Shown piece after piece: positions 39,172-52,500 of a stretch of 64,000 nt of DNA; the first letter of the stretch is position 1; the number at the start of each line of letters is the position of its first letter. The stretch lies in assembly GCF_009914755.1 (NCBI RefSeq), contig NC_060935.1; one strand, written 5' to 3'. The position numbers were made by a program, and so were the translations under genes. The notes beneath the pieces are model-generated. The model was not told the DNA's origin and did no database searches. It saw nothing but the letters and a program-made list of their open reading frames with translations. The stretch comes from the human T2T-CHM13v2.0 reference genome, Homo sapiens.

Positions 39172-42100
39172 GAGACAGAGCATGATGGCTCAATAGAAGC
39201 CTCTGCCGATCGTCCTCTCTGCAGGAACACCAAATTTAACAACTGTCTATACAAAATAGCCCTTCATAAACGCTAAAAATCAGATGAGCAATCACAGTAC
39301 CTGGTTTTAGCTTTATGTTGCTGAAAGAGGCATTGAAAGGGGTAGAAAAGACAGTTTTGAATTGTCAACACCACCCCTCCCCCATCCTTCTGCAGTGGCT
39401 ACATGGTTCAGAGAGATAATCTGTGGCAATTAGGGCAGGCAAAGTGCAGTGAATGTGGGACTTTGCATTGGAACTCAGTGCTGCCAACATCACGCAGAAC
39501 TCAACCAAGACTTATGGAAAGAACATTTCGACCAGCCCTAGCCAGAGGGAAATCACCCATCCCAGTGGTCAGAACTTAAGTTTCATCAAGCCTTGCCACT
39601 GTGGGCTAAAGTGTTCTGGGGGGTTCTAAATAAACTTGAAAGGCAGTTTAGGCCCAAAAGGACTGCAACTCCCCAGCAAGTCCTAGTGCTGTGCTTTGCC
39701 AATGGACTTGGGGGAGCATGCGACCTAGTGAGACACCAGCCAAGGTAGCTAAAGAACTGCTTGTATCACCTGCTGATTGTAGAGCCCTAGAGCCTTGAGT
39801 GAACATAGGCAATAGCCAAGTAGTGATTACAGCAAGTGTTGGGCAATACCCAGTGCTATGCCAGTTTCAGGTCTGACCCAGTGCAGTCCCAGTGGTGGTG
39901 ACCATAGGAGTGGTCACCTGTGTGACCTCTCCCCCAGCTCCAGGCAGCTCAGCATAGAGAGGAAGAGAGAGAGACTGTTTGGGAAAAAGTAAGGGAAGAG
40001 AGCAAGAGTCTCTGCCTGGTAATCTATAAAATTCTTCCAGATTTTGTCCAAGACCACCAAGGAGGTATCTCTACACGTCTACAACAACCACAGTGCTACT
40101 GAGCATATGGTGCCCCCTAATACAGATATGGCTGCAGTGACCAAAAACATAGATCACAACACCCAAGTACCTTTGAATACCTGGAAAGCCTTCCCAAGAA
40201 GGACAGATACAAACAAGTCCAGACTGTGAAGACTACCATAAATACACAACTCTTCAATGCCCAGATACTGACAAACATCCCCAAGCATCAATATCATCCA
40301 GGAAAACATGACCTTACCAAATGAACTAAATAAGGTGTGAGAGGCCAATCCTGGACAGACAGAGATATGTGAATTTTCAGACAGATAATTCAAAATAGCT
40401 ATGTTGAGGAAACTCAAAGAAACCCCAGATAACACAGAGAAGGAATTCAGAATATTATCAGATAAATTTAACAAAGAAATTGAAATAATTAAAAGGAATC
40501 AAGCAGAAATTCTCAAATTTAAAATGCAATTGACATATTGAAGAATGTATCAAAGTCTCCTAATAGTAGAATTGATCAAACAGAAGAGAGAATTAGTGAG
40601 CATGAAGACAGGCTATTCAAAAATACACAGTCAGAAGAGACAAGGAAAAAAGAATAAAAGAGAATGAAGACCGTCTACAAGATCTAGAAAATATAGCCCA
40701 AAAGGGATAAATCTAAGAGTTATTGGCCTTAAAGAAAAGACAGAGAAAGAGACAAAGTTAGAAAGTTTATTTAAAGAGATACTAACAGAGACCTTTCCAA
40801 ACCTAGAGAAATATATCAATATTCAAGTACAAGAAAGTTAAAATATATACGCACCAACACTGGAACACCCAGATATATAAAACAAATACCATTAGAGCTA
40901 AAGAGAGAGCTATACTCCCAATACAGTAATAACTACACAATTCATCACCCTACTTTCAGCACTGGACAGATCTTCCAGACAGAAAATCAACAAAGAAACA
41001 TTGGACTTAATCTGCATTGTAGATCAAATGATCTAATAGTTATTTACAGAACATTTTATCCAATGACTGTAGAATACACATTCTTTCCCTTAACAAATGG
41101 TTCATTCTCAAGGATGGACCTTATGTTAGTCCACAAAACAAGTCTTAAAACATTCAAAAATGTTAAAATAATATTAAGTATCTTCTCTGACCACAATGGA
41201 ATAAAACTAGCAATCAATAATGAGGAATTCTGGAAACTGTACAAATACATGGATATTAAATGATATGCTCCTGAATAACTGGTAGGTCAATGAAGAGATT
41301 AATAAGAAAACTGAAAATTTATTTGAAACAAATCATAATGGAAACACAACATTCCAAAAACTATGGGATACAGCAAAAGCAGTACTAACAGTGAAGTTTA
41401 TAGCTATAAGTGCCTACATCAAAAAAGACGAAAAACTTCCAATAAACAACCCAGCAATGCATCCTAAAGAACTAGGAAAGCAAGAGCAAACCAAATCCAA
41501 AGTTAGTAGAAGAAATTACAAAGATCCGAGCAGAAATAAATGAAATTGAAATGAAGAAACAATAGAAAAGATAAACTAAAAGTTGTTTTTTTTAAAAAGA
41601 TAAACAAAATTGACAACCTTTTAGCCAGATTAGCTAAGAAACAAAGAGAGAAGACCCCAAAAAAGTCAGAGATGAAATGGGAGACATTCAACCTATACTG
41701 CAAAAACTCAAATTAATAGTCAAATTAGAGACTACTTGAGCAACTATATGTGAATAAATTGGGAAACCTAGAAGAAATGAATAAAATTTCTAGATACACA
41801 CAGCCTACCAAGATTGAACCATGAAGAAATCCAACACCGGAACAGAGCAATAGCAAGTAATAAGATCAAGACCATAATAAAAAACATCTCCCAGCAGAAA
41901 AAAGCCTAGGTCTTGGCGGATTCACTGCTGAATTTTACCGAACATTTAAAGAAGAACTAATATCAATCCTACTCAAACTATTATGAAAAATAGAGGTGGA
42001 AGTAATACTTCCAAACTCATTCTATGAGGCCAGTATTACCCTGCTACCAAAACAAAAGACACACCAAAAAAAGAAAACTATAGTTCAATATCTCTGATGC

Positions 42101-44704
42101 ATATTAATACAAAAATCGTCAACAGTATACAAGCAAACTGAATTCAGCAACACTTTGAAAAGATCATTCATCATGACCAAGTGGGATTTATCCCAGAGAT
42201 GCAAAAATCATTCAACATATGCAAATGTATCAGTGTCATATGGCATATCAACAGAATGGAGGACAAAATCCATATGATCATTTCAATTGATGTGAAAAAG
42301 CAGTTGAAAAAATTTAACATCTGCATGATAAAAACCCTAAAAAATGACATAGATGTAATAAAAACCGTATATGACAGACTCACAACTAGTATCACAACAA
42401 ATGGGAAAAAAACAGAAACCCTTTCCTCCAAGATCTTGAACATGACAAGGATGCCACCTTCACTACTGTTATTCAACATAGTACTGTAAGTCCTAGCTAG
42501 ATCAATCAGACAAGAGAAAGAAATAAAGGGCATCCAAATTGGAAAGGAATAAGTCCAGTTATCCTTTTATGCTAATGATATGATCTTATATTTGGAATAC
42601 CGTATAGACCCAACCAAAAAACTACTATTACTAATAAACACATTCAGTAAAGTTGCAGGATACAAAATCAGCATACAAAAATCAGTAGCATTTTTATATG
42701 CCAACAGCAAACAATCTGGAAAAGAAATCAAGAAAGTAATTCCATTTACAATAGCTATATATAAAATTAAATAACTAGGAATTCATTTAACAAAAGAAGT
42801 AAAATATTTCTACAATGAAAACTATAAAACATTGATAAAAGAAATGGAAGGGGATACAAAAAATGGAAGCTATTACATGTTTATGGATTGGAAGAATCAA
42901 TATTGTTAAAATGTCCATACTACCCAAAGCAATATATAGATTTAATGCAATCTCTATCAAAATACCAATGACATTCTTCACAGAAATAGAAAAAAACAAT
43001 CCTAAAATTTATGTGGAACTACAAAAGACCCAGATATCCAAAACTATACTGAGCAAAAAGAACAATACTGGAGGAGTTATGTTGCTTCACTTCAAATTAC
43101 ACTACAGAGCTATAGTAACAAAAACAGCATGGTGCTGGCATAAACACAGACACATAGACCAAAGAAATGAACAGAATAGAGAACTCAGAAACAAATCTGT
43201 ACATATATCTACAGTGAACTGATTTTCCACAAAGGTGCCAAGAACATACACTGGGAAAAGGACAGTCTGTGTAATACATGATGCTGTGAAAACTGGATAT
43301 TTATATGCAGAAGAATCAAATTAAACCTCTATCCCTTGCCATATACAAAAATAAAATCAAAAGGGATTAAAAACTTAAATCTAAGACCACAAACTATGAA
43401 ACTGCTAATAGAAAACATTGGAGAAACTCTTCAGAACCTTGACTAGGCAAGGATTTCTTGAGTAATACCCCACAAGGACAGGCAACCAAAGCAAAAATGG
43501 ACAAATGGGATCATATCAAGCTAAAATGTTTCTTCATAGCAAAGGAAACAATCAACAAAGTAAAGAAAACAGCCCATAGAATGGGAGAAAATGTTTGCAA
43601 CTACCCATCTAACAAGGGGTTAAAAAATGGAGTATATAAGGAGCTCAAACAAATTTTATAGGGGAAAAAAAACAATAATCCAATTTTTAAAATGGGCAGA
43701 AGATATGAATAGACATTTCTTAAAAGAAGACATACAAATGGCAAACAGGTATATAAAAATGTTCAACATCACTTATCAGAGAAACACAAATCAAAATGAT
43801 AATGACATCTCAATTCATCTCAGTTAAAATAACTTTTATCCAAAACACAGTCACTAACAAATGCTTTCAAGGATGTAGAGAAAAGAGAACCCTTATACAC
43901 TGTTGTTGAAATGTAAATTAGTACAACCACTATGGAGAACATTTTGGAAGTTCCTCAAAGAACTAAAAACAGAGCTATCATGTGATCCATCAATCCCAAT
44001 GCTAGGTAGATACCCCCCCAAAAAAAGAAAATCAATGTATTGAATGAAGAGATACCTGGACCCCTATGTTTATTGCAACACTACTCACAATAGCCAAGAT
44101 TTGGAAACAACCTAAGTGTCCATCAACAGACAAATGAATAAAGAAAATATAGTATATTTACACAATGGAGTATTATTCAACCATAAAAAATAATGAGACC
44201 CTATCATTTGCAACAACATGGATAGACTGGAGGTTATTATGTTAAGTGAAATAATCCAAGAATAGAAAGACAAACTTCACATTTTCTCACTTATTTTGGG
44301 AAGCTAAGAATTAAAACAATTGAACTGATGGAGATAGAGAGTAGAAGGATGGTTACCATAGGCTGGGAAGGGTAGCAGGGGAATGGAGAGTAGTAGGGAT
44401 AGTTAAAGGGGCCAAAAAAATAGTTGGAAAGAATGAGTAAGACCTAGTATTTGATAGCACAACAGGATGACTGTAATTAATAATTTAACTGTACATTTTA
44501 ATATAACTAAAAGTATAATTGAATTGTTTGTAACACAAAAGATAAATGTGTGAGGTGATGGATACCTCATGCACTCTGATGTGATTATTACACATGCATG
44601 CTTATATCAAAATATCCCATATACCCCATAAACATATACTCCTATTATGTACTCATAAAACTTTTTTTTAAAAAACCCCAAAGAAACAAACAAAAAACTT
44701 CCAT
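39172..44704 (+). mobile_element. L1MA1-3-like element with both ends and an internal deletion
   Basis: 5' UTR, ORF1 N-terminal half, ORF2 fragments (42181-43827) and 3' UTR. TSD AAAACCTAGCCA at 39160-39171 and 44705-44716. Confidence 0.9.
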
Positions 44705-45859
44705 AAAACCTAGCCATATGCTTTGCATTTTTAGAGCCCTTTATACTGTTCAATATGTTCTCCCTACTGACATCTGCATTTGTCATTTTCGTATGATGTT
44801 AATGTTCCATCATTTTTATAGACATAATGACTGAAAAATTTTCTTAAACTAGTCTTGCTAATAAGTAAAAATATCTTAACTTCATCTTACAGAAAACTAA
44901 AAATGTCTAGCATGTTGCTTGTTTTCTTTTTTCCTGAACATTTGCCCTTTCTGTTTCTAGGCTGCACATGTTCTTCGGAAAAAGATCTAAAAGCATCACC
45001 TTTTGCTTTGTCTGCTGGTGCTTAAGGTGAGTCACTATTATAGGCCCCTCTCTCCCACTTAGTTTTCTGCATGGAGGATAACCTGAGGTAAAAGGGTAGA
45101 GAAGGCAGATACATATGACAAAGACAGGTAGGAGGGAAGCAAAGAGGGGCATCGGTTCAATGCAACAATTAGAGTTGTCTACACATAATCCCTTCAGAAA
45201 AGCATTAGCATGGGCTCTTCAAAGCTGTTTGGTTCTTGTCAGTTACAGAACTTTTATATTCTATGAGTAACTGGATTGTTAAAACATGTGTGATGGTGAA
45301 GAAGGTGACCCCTGCCAACCTGTGCTTTAAATGGGCTTGTTTAGTGTTGGGAGAGAGCCATTAGGCCACACACAGAAGAAATGTGCCCTCTTTCAATTCT
45401 TCCACCAAGAGATGTGGAAGGTATGATTTATCACATAAGGCCAAGACTTTTTGCATGGCTGGTATGACACCAGACATTCCAGACTTCCTCTGTGTCCCTT
45501 TTTCTCTTCATTGAGCTTCAACCTGTGGTACCACTACAGGGATGTGGGAAAAGCAGAAAACGTATGTTTACAGCTACTGTAATAGCAGTGGTTGGTTGTA
45601 GAAGACTTGTTGAAACTATAGCAAGTTCCTTGCTGGGATGGGAGCATGAGTCTATACAGAGCATGGAAATAACCCACTGTTAAGTGAAAACCATTCATAG
45701 TTTTTATAAGATCATTTTCCTGCTGGTAGACTTGGCCTCTGGTGATATCTTCTGGGCTCTAGTTCCTATCAGAAGACTGAGAGGCAGATGGGCTGTAGGA
45801 ACAATAAAACCTACTTAAATCTGTTTCATGAAGTAGAAAGAGCAAGAATTGGTTTTCTG

Positions 45860-46485
45860 TCCATCAATCCATCCCTCCATCTATTCACCCATCCATCTAT
45901 TCATTCTTTCCACACAGAAGTCAAAGTAATGTTTCCAAAATATGCATCTGGTCATATTACTGCCTTCTTTAAATCCTTTCCTAGTTTTGCCCTCAAGGTG
46001 AAGTCCAGACTCCTGAATGTCACCTCCTTGGCCCTGCATAATCATAATCAGGCCTCTGTCCACTTCTCTAGTGACATCTCTTGTTTGATTTCTCACATCG
46101 TTTTATATACTCTAAACTTCTGTCATGCAGGGTATCCCTCAGTAACTTGAAAGAATTATGCTCCTTTTTGTCTTTGGAGCTTTGAACAAGTTGTTCTTTC
46201 CCCTTCCTCTCCATCCTTTGCTTTTATGACCTCTAATCGTTCATCACTTCACCTAAACGGCCTCACCTTCAGGGAATATTTGGTTCCCGTACTAAGTGCT
46301 CTCATAGCACCCGCTAGCCTCCTATCAGAGCGTTGTAGTAAGTATTTCTACCTTTAATGCATCGTATATGCATTGCACTTTAAGCTCCTTAAAGGCATAG
46401 ATGGTACCTGTATATATTTTTTGTTGTTGAGACACTAATAGCTAGCACAGAGTCTGCCACATAAGACTTCAGCAAATATTTTTTG
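45860..46485 (+). mobile_element. L2 3' remnant
   Basis: TTCCACACAG..GTCAAAGTAAT.TTTCCAAAA; TAAGCTCCTTAAAGGCA...AGCACAGAGTCTGCCACATA...CAGCAAATATTT. Confidence 0.7.
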
Positions 46486-46606
46486 TATAAAATTGTATGA
46501 CCAAGATTGGCAATATAGCTTTAAGATTGGGTTTTGTTGACAAACTATTTGAATCTGTATTCCAGCTTCACTATTTGCACAATGCATGACTTTGGGCAAT
46601 TTATTT

Positions 46607-48667
46607 ATTTTTTAAAATTTTAAGTTCAGGGGTACATGAGCAGGTTGTCCAGGTTTGTTACATAGGTAATGTGTGCCATGGTGGTTTGCTGCACAGTTCA
46701 TCCCATCACCTAGGTATTCAGCCCAACATTAGCTATTCTTCCTAATGCTCTTCCTCCTCCCCACCCACACTCTGACAGGCCTCCAGTGTGTGTTGTTCCC
46801 CCTCATATTTCCATGTGTTCTCATAGTTCACCTCCCACTTATAAGTGAGAACATGCGGTATTTGGTTTTCTGTCCCTGTGTTAATTTGCTGAGGATAATG
46901 GCTTCCAGCTCCATCCATGTCCCTGCAAAGGACATGATCTCGTTCCTTCTTATGGTTACATAGTATTGTATATGTGCCACATTTTCTTCATCCAGTCTAT
47001 CATTGATGGGTGTTTAGTTTGATTCCATATCTTTGCTATTGTGAATAGTGCTGCATGTGTCTTTATAATAGAATGATTTATATTCCTTTCAGTATATACC
47101 CAGGAATGGGATTGCTGGGTCGAATGGTATTTCTGCCTCTGTCTTTGAGGAATCTCCACACTGTCTTCCACAATGGTTGAACTAGTTTACATTCCCACTA
47201 AAAGTGTAAAAGCATTATTTTTTCTCTGTAACCTTGCCAGCATCTGTTTTTTTTTTTTTTTTTTTTTTGACTTTTTAGTAATAGCCATTCTGACTGGTGT
47301 GAGATGGTATCTCATTGTGGTTTTGATTTGCATTTCTCTAATGATCAGTGCTGTTGAGCTTTTTTTCATATGTTTATTGGCTGAATGTATGTCCTCTTTT
47401 GAGAAGTGTCTGTTCATGTCCTTTGCCCACTTTTTAATGGTGTTGTTTATTTTTTTTTTCTTGTAAATGTGTTTAAGTTCCTTGTAGATGCTGGATATTA
47501 GACCTTTGTCAGATGGATAGATTGCAAAAATTTTTTCTCATTCTGTAGGTTGACAGTTCACTCTGATGATAGGTTTTTTTTCTGTGTAGAAGCTCTTTAA
47601 TTAGATCCCATTTGTGAATTTTTGCTTTTGTTGCAATTGCTTTCGATGTTTTCGTCATGAAGTCTTTGCCCATGCCTATGTCCTGAATGGTATTGCCTAG
47701 ATTTTCTTCCAGGGCTTTTATAGTTTCCAGTTTTACCTTTAAGTCTTTAATCCATCTTGAATTGATTTTTGTATGTTGTGTAAGGAAGTAGTCCGCTTTC
47801 AATTTTCTTCATTTGGCCAGCCAGTTCTCCAAGCACCATTTATTAAATAGGGAATTATTTCCCCATTGTTTGTTTTTGTCAGGTTGTCAAAGATCAGATG
47901 GTTGTAGGTCTGTGGTCTTATTTCTGGGTTCTCTATTCTGTTCCCTTGGTCTATGTGTCTATTCTTGAACCAGTACCATACTGTTTTGATTACTGTAGCC
48001 TTGTAGTATAGTTTGAAATCAGGTAGTGTGATGCCTCCAGCTTTGTTCTTTTTGTTTAGGATTGTCTTGGCTCTCTGGGCTTTTTTTGGTTCCATATGAA
48101 TATTAAAATAGTTTTTTCCAATTCTGTGAATAATGTCAACGGTAGTTTAATGGGAATAGCATTGAATCTACAAATTACTTTGGGCAATATGGCCATTGTC
48201 ACCATATTGATTCTTCTTATCCATGAGCATGGAATGTTTTTCCATTTGTTTGTGTCCTCTCTGACTTCTTTGAGCAGTGGTTTGTAGTTCTTCTTGAAGA
48301 GGTCCTTCACTTCCCTTGTTAGCTGTATTCCTAGGTATTTTATTCTTTTTGTGGCAATTGGGAATGGGAGTTCATTCATGATTTGGCTGTCAGCTTGCCT
48401 GTTGTTGGTGTATAGGAATGCTAGCGATTTTCGCACACTGATTTTGTATCCTGAGACTTTGCTGAAGTAGCTTATTGGCTTAAGAAGCTTTTGGGCTGAG
48501 AGGATGGGATCATGTCATTTGCAAACAAAGATAGTTTGACTTCCTGTCTTTCTATTAGAATACCTTTATTTCTTTCTCTTGCCTGATTGCCCTGGCCAGA
48601 ACTTCCAATACTACGTTGAACAGGAGTGATGAGAGAGAGCATCCTTGTTTTGTGCTGGTTTTCCAGA
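46607..48667 (-). mobile_element. L1PA8-10-like 5'-truncated element
   Basis: ORF2 frames at 47187-48436. TSD GGGCAATTTATTT at 46594-46606 and 48672-48684. Confidence 0.9.
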
Positions 48668-48732
48668 TTTGGGGCAATTTATTTCATGTGCTTGGGCCTT
48701 GACTTTCTTTCTATTAAGTAGGAATAATAGTA

Positions 48733-49069
48733 CAATAATTAAATGCTTAATGACAGGGATACATTTCTATAAATGTGTCATTAGGTAATTTTGTACAAAC
48801 GTTGTAGAGTGTACTTACACAAACCTAGATAGTATAGCCTACTACACACTCAGGCTATATAGTATAGCCTATTGCTCCTAAGCTATAAACCTATATAGCA
48901 GGTTACTGTACTGAATACTGTAAGCAATTATAACACAATGGTAAGTATGTGTGTGTCTACACATAGGTAGACATAGAAAAGGTACAGTAAAAATATGATA
49001 TTATGGTCTTTTGGGACCACTGCCATATGTGGTCTATTGTCGACCAAAATGTTATTTAGTGCATAATTG
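48733..49069. mobile_element. Tigger3a-like (TcMar) MITE
   Basis: GTGTACTTACACAAACCTAGAT.GTATAGCCTACTACACAC; flanked by TA at 48731-48732 and 49070-49071. Confidence 0.8.
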
Positions 49070-50011
49070 TATATACAATCCTAGGATGTGGTTAAATGAG
49101 ATAACTCATGCCAAGCACTTAGACTAGTGTCTAGCACATATAATACACTTAGTTCTATGTGGTTATAATTAAGTGTCTTCTACATGCAGAGCTCTAGATG
49201 TAAACCCATGGTGGAATTTAAAAATATGTAATCTACAGTTATTTCAGGGACTGGCTTAATTTCTGTAAACCTCATAAATGGCTCCCTGAGACAAGCTGGC
49301 TACTAACACTAACATGGACTCTGGGAGGCACTTTGCTCTATATCTGACATAGGGGCTCAAGACCATCATTCTGACTGCTCATATGGCACATAATCCTCGA
49401 CCTAGTCCAACATCTCCAAATTCCTGAGCTTAAGTAACTTCTAGAGTTTCTGTCTTGTTCTCTCCTATCTTTATTTCTTTCCCAGGACTCTGGTACTTCT
49501 GGAGCCTGCATCTGTCACTGGCAGATCCCCTTCCTATAACCTGATACCTGGCATCCTATTCCTAAAGCCCAGGCCCTGCTGGAGCCATGCTAATTCTCTG
49601 GTGCTGACCACCTATTCATATTACCTTTATCTGGAAGGCTCATCACCATGTTCTCCCTGCCTGACTTTTTAACCCCCTATTATACTGCCTGCCTGACTGG
49701 ACTGCTGCTACCTCTCTCCTACATGGTAACCAAGCTCTGCTGGCCCATCTGGAGTACAGCTGGGTCAGCCTCTTATTACTTATCCTACCCTATTTTGTGT
49801 AATAGGTTTCTCAGTCTGAGTATCTCTTCTCAATTTTATTTTGCCATCACCCAAACTCCTGTTTAAGGCATCCCTGCTTACAAGAAACTGCAATGTCTTG
49901 GGGGAGATAATGTATGTCCTTAGATGACAATTAAAGAAGATCGAAAGTCAAGAGTAACTTGAAATATTGGTAAAAAGTGCCTTCTTATAAAACCTTAAAG
50001 AGTAAACAGTA

Positions 50012-52467
50012 GCCCTCTCCCTCTCCCTCTCCCTCTCCCTCTCCCTCTCCCTCTCCCTCTCCCTCTCCCCACGGTCTCCCTCTCATGCGGAGCCGAAGCT
50101 GGACTGTACTGCTGCCATCTCGGCTCACTGCAACCTCCCTGCCTGATTCTCCTGCCTCAGCCTGCTGAGTGCCTGCGATTGCAGGCACGCGCCGCCACGC
50201 CTGACTGGTTTTGGTGGAGACGGGGTTTCGCTGTGTTGGCCGGGCCGGTCTCCAGCCCCTAACCGCGAGTGATCCGCCAGCCTTGGCCTCCCGAGGTGCC
50301 GGGATTGCAGACGGAGTCTCGTTCACTCAGTGCTCAATGGTGCCCAGGCTGGAGTGCAGTGGCGTGATCTCGGCTCACTACAACCTACACCTCCCAGCCG
50401 CCTGCCTTGGCCTCCCAAAGTGCCGAGATTGCAGCCTCTGCCCGGCCGCCACCCCGTCTGGGAAGTGAGGAGTGTCTCTGCCTGGCCGCCCATCGTCTGG
50501 GATGTGAGGAGCCCCTCTGCCTGGCTGCCCAGTCTGGAAAGTGAGGAGCGTCTGCGCCCGGCCGCCATCCCATCTAGGAAGTGAGGAGCGCCTCTTCCCA
50601 GCCGCCATCACATCTAGGAAGTGAGGAGCGTCTCTGCCCGGCCGCCCATCGTCTGAGATGTGGGGAGCGCCTCTGCCCCGCCGCCCCATCTGGGATGTGA
50701 GGAGCGCCTCTGCCCGGCCGAGACCCCATCTGGGAGGTGAGGAGCGTCTCTGCCCGGCCGCCCTGTCTGAGAAGTGAGGAGACCCTCTGCCTGGCAACCA
50801 CCCCGTCTGAGAAGTGAGGAGCCCCTCCGCCCGGCAGCTGCCCCGTCTGGGAAGTGAGGAGCGTCTCCACCCGGCAGCCACCCCGTCCGGGAGGGAGGTG
50901 GGGGGGGTCAGCCCCCCGCCAGGCCAGCTGCCCCATCCGGGAGGGAGGTGGGGGGTCAGCCCCCCCGCCCGGCCAGCCGTGCCATCCGGGAGGGAGGTGA
51001 GGGGGTCAGCCCCCCGCCCGGCCAGCCGTGCCATCCGGGAGGGAGGTGGGGGGGTCAGCCCCCCGCCCGGCCAGCCGCCCCGTCCGGGAGGTGAGGGGCG
51101 CCTCTGCCCGGCCGCCCCTACTGGGAAGTGAGGAGCCCCTCAGCCTGGCCAGCCACCCCGTCCGGGAGGGAGATGGGGGGGTCAGCCCCCCCACCCGGCC
51201 AGCCGCCCCGTCCGGGAGGGAGGTGGGGGGGTCAGCCCCCCGCCTGGCCAGCCGCCCCGTCCGGGAGGGAGGTGGGGGGGTCAGCCCTCCGCCCGGCCAG
51301 CCGCCCCGTCTGGGAGGTGAGGGGCGCCTCTGCCCGGCCACCCCTACTGGGAAGTGAAGAGCCCCTCTGCCCGGCCAGCCGCCCCGTCTGGGAGGGAGGT
51401 GGGGGGGTCAGCCCTCCGCCTGGCCAGCCGCCCCGTCTGGGAGGTGAGGGGCGCCTCTGCCCGGCCGCCCCTACTGGGAAGTGAGGAGCCCCTCTGCCCG
51501 GCCAGCCGCCTGGTCCGGGAGGGAGGTGGGGGGGGTCAGCCCCCCGCCCGGCCAGCCGCCCCGTCCGGGAGGGAGGTGGGGGGGTCAGCCCCCCGCCCGG
51601 CCAGCCGCCCCGTCCGGGAGGTGAGGGGCGCCTCTGCCCGGCCGCCCCTACTGGGAAGTGAGGAGCCCCTCTGCCCGGCCAGCCGCCCTGTCCGGGAGGG
51701 AGGTGGGGGGGTCAGCCCCCTGCCCGGCCAGCCGCCCCGTCCGGGAGGTGAGGGGCGCCTCTGCCCGGCCGCCCCTACTGGGAAGTGAGGAGCCCCTCTG
51801 CCCGGCCAGCCGCCCCATCCGGGAGGGAGGTGGGGGGGTCAGCCCCCTGCCTGGCCATCCGCCCCGTCCGGGAGGTGAGGGGCGCCTCTGCCCGGCCGCC
51901 CCTACTGGGAAGTGAGGAGCCCCTCTGCCCAGCCACCACCCCGTCTGGGAGGTGTGCCCAACAGCTCATTGAGAACAGGCCAGGATGACAATGGCGGCTT
52001 TGTGGAATAGAAAGGCGGGAAAGGTGGGGAAAAGATTGAGAAATCGGATGGTTGCCGTGTCTGTGTAGAAAGAAGTAGACACGGGAGACTTTTCATTTTG
52101 TTCTGCACTAAGAAAAATTCTTCTGCCTTGGGATCCTGTTGATCTGTGACCTTACCCCCAACCCTGTGCTCTCTGAAACATGTGCTGTGTCCACTCAGGG
52201 TTAAATGGATTAAGGGCGGTGCAAGATGTGCTTTGTTAAACAGATGCTTGAAGGCAGCATGCTCGTTAAGAGTCATCACCAATCCCTAATCTCAAGTAAT
52301 CAGGGACACAAACACTGCGGAAGGCCGCAGGGTCCTCTGCCTAGGAAAACCAGAGACCTTTGTTCACTTGTTTATCTGCTGACCTTCCCTCCACTATTGT
52401 CCCATGACCCTGCCAAATCCCCCTCTGTGAGAAACACCCAAGAATTATCAATAAAAAAAAATAAATT

Positions 52468-52498
<31 letters not shown>

Positions 52499-52500
52499 AG
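50012..52500 (+). mobile_element. Full-length SVA retrotransposon (SVA_E-like)
   Basis: (CCCTCT)9 at 50013-50066, Alu-like region, GC-rich VNTR (about 50430-51950), SINE-R, AATAAA and poly-A. TSD AAGAGTAAACAGTA at 49998-50011 and 52501-52514. Confidence 0.97.

Larger units (their letters stand above)
46510..49155 (+). mobile_element. One MIR split into three pieces (46510-46606, 48685-48732, 49072-49155)
   Basis: TGACTTTGGGCAA core on the left; TTAAATGAGATAA...AAGCACTTAG..AGTGTCTAGCACATA on the right. Confidence 0.65.

Noticed and set aside
50430-51950. Repeat array superficially like CRISPR
   Set aside because: The units are tandem SVA VNTR variants without unique spacers, there are no cas genes, and the context is primate.
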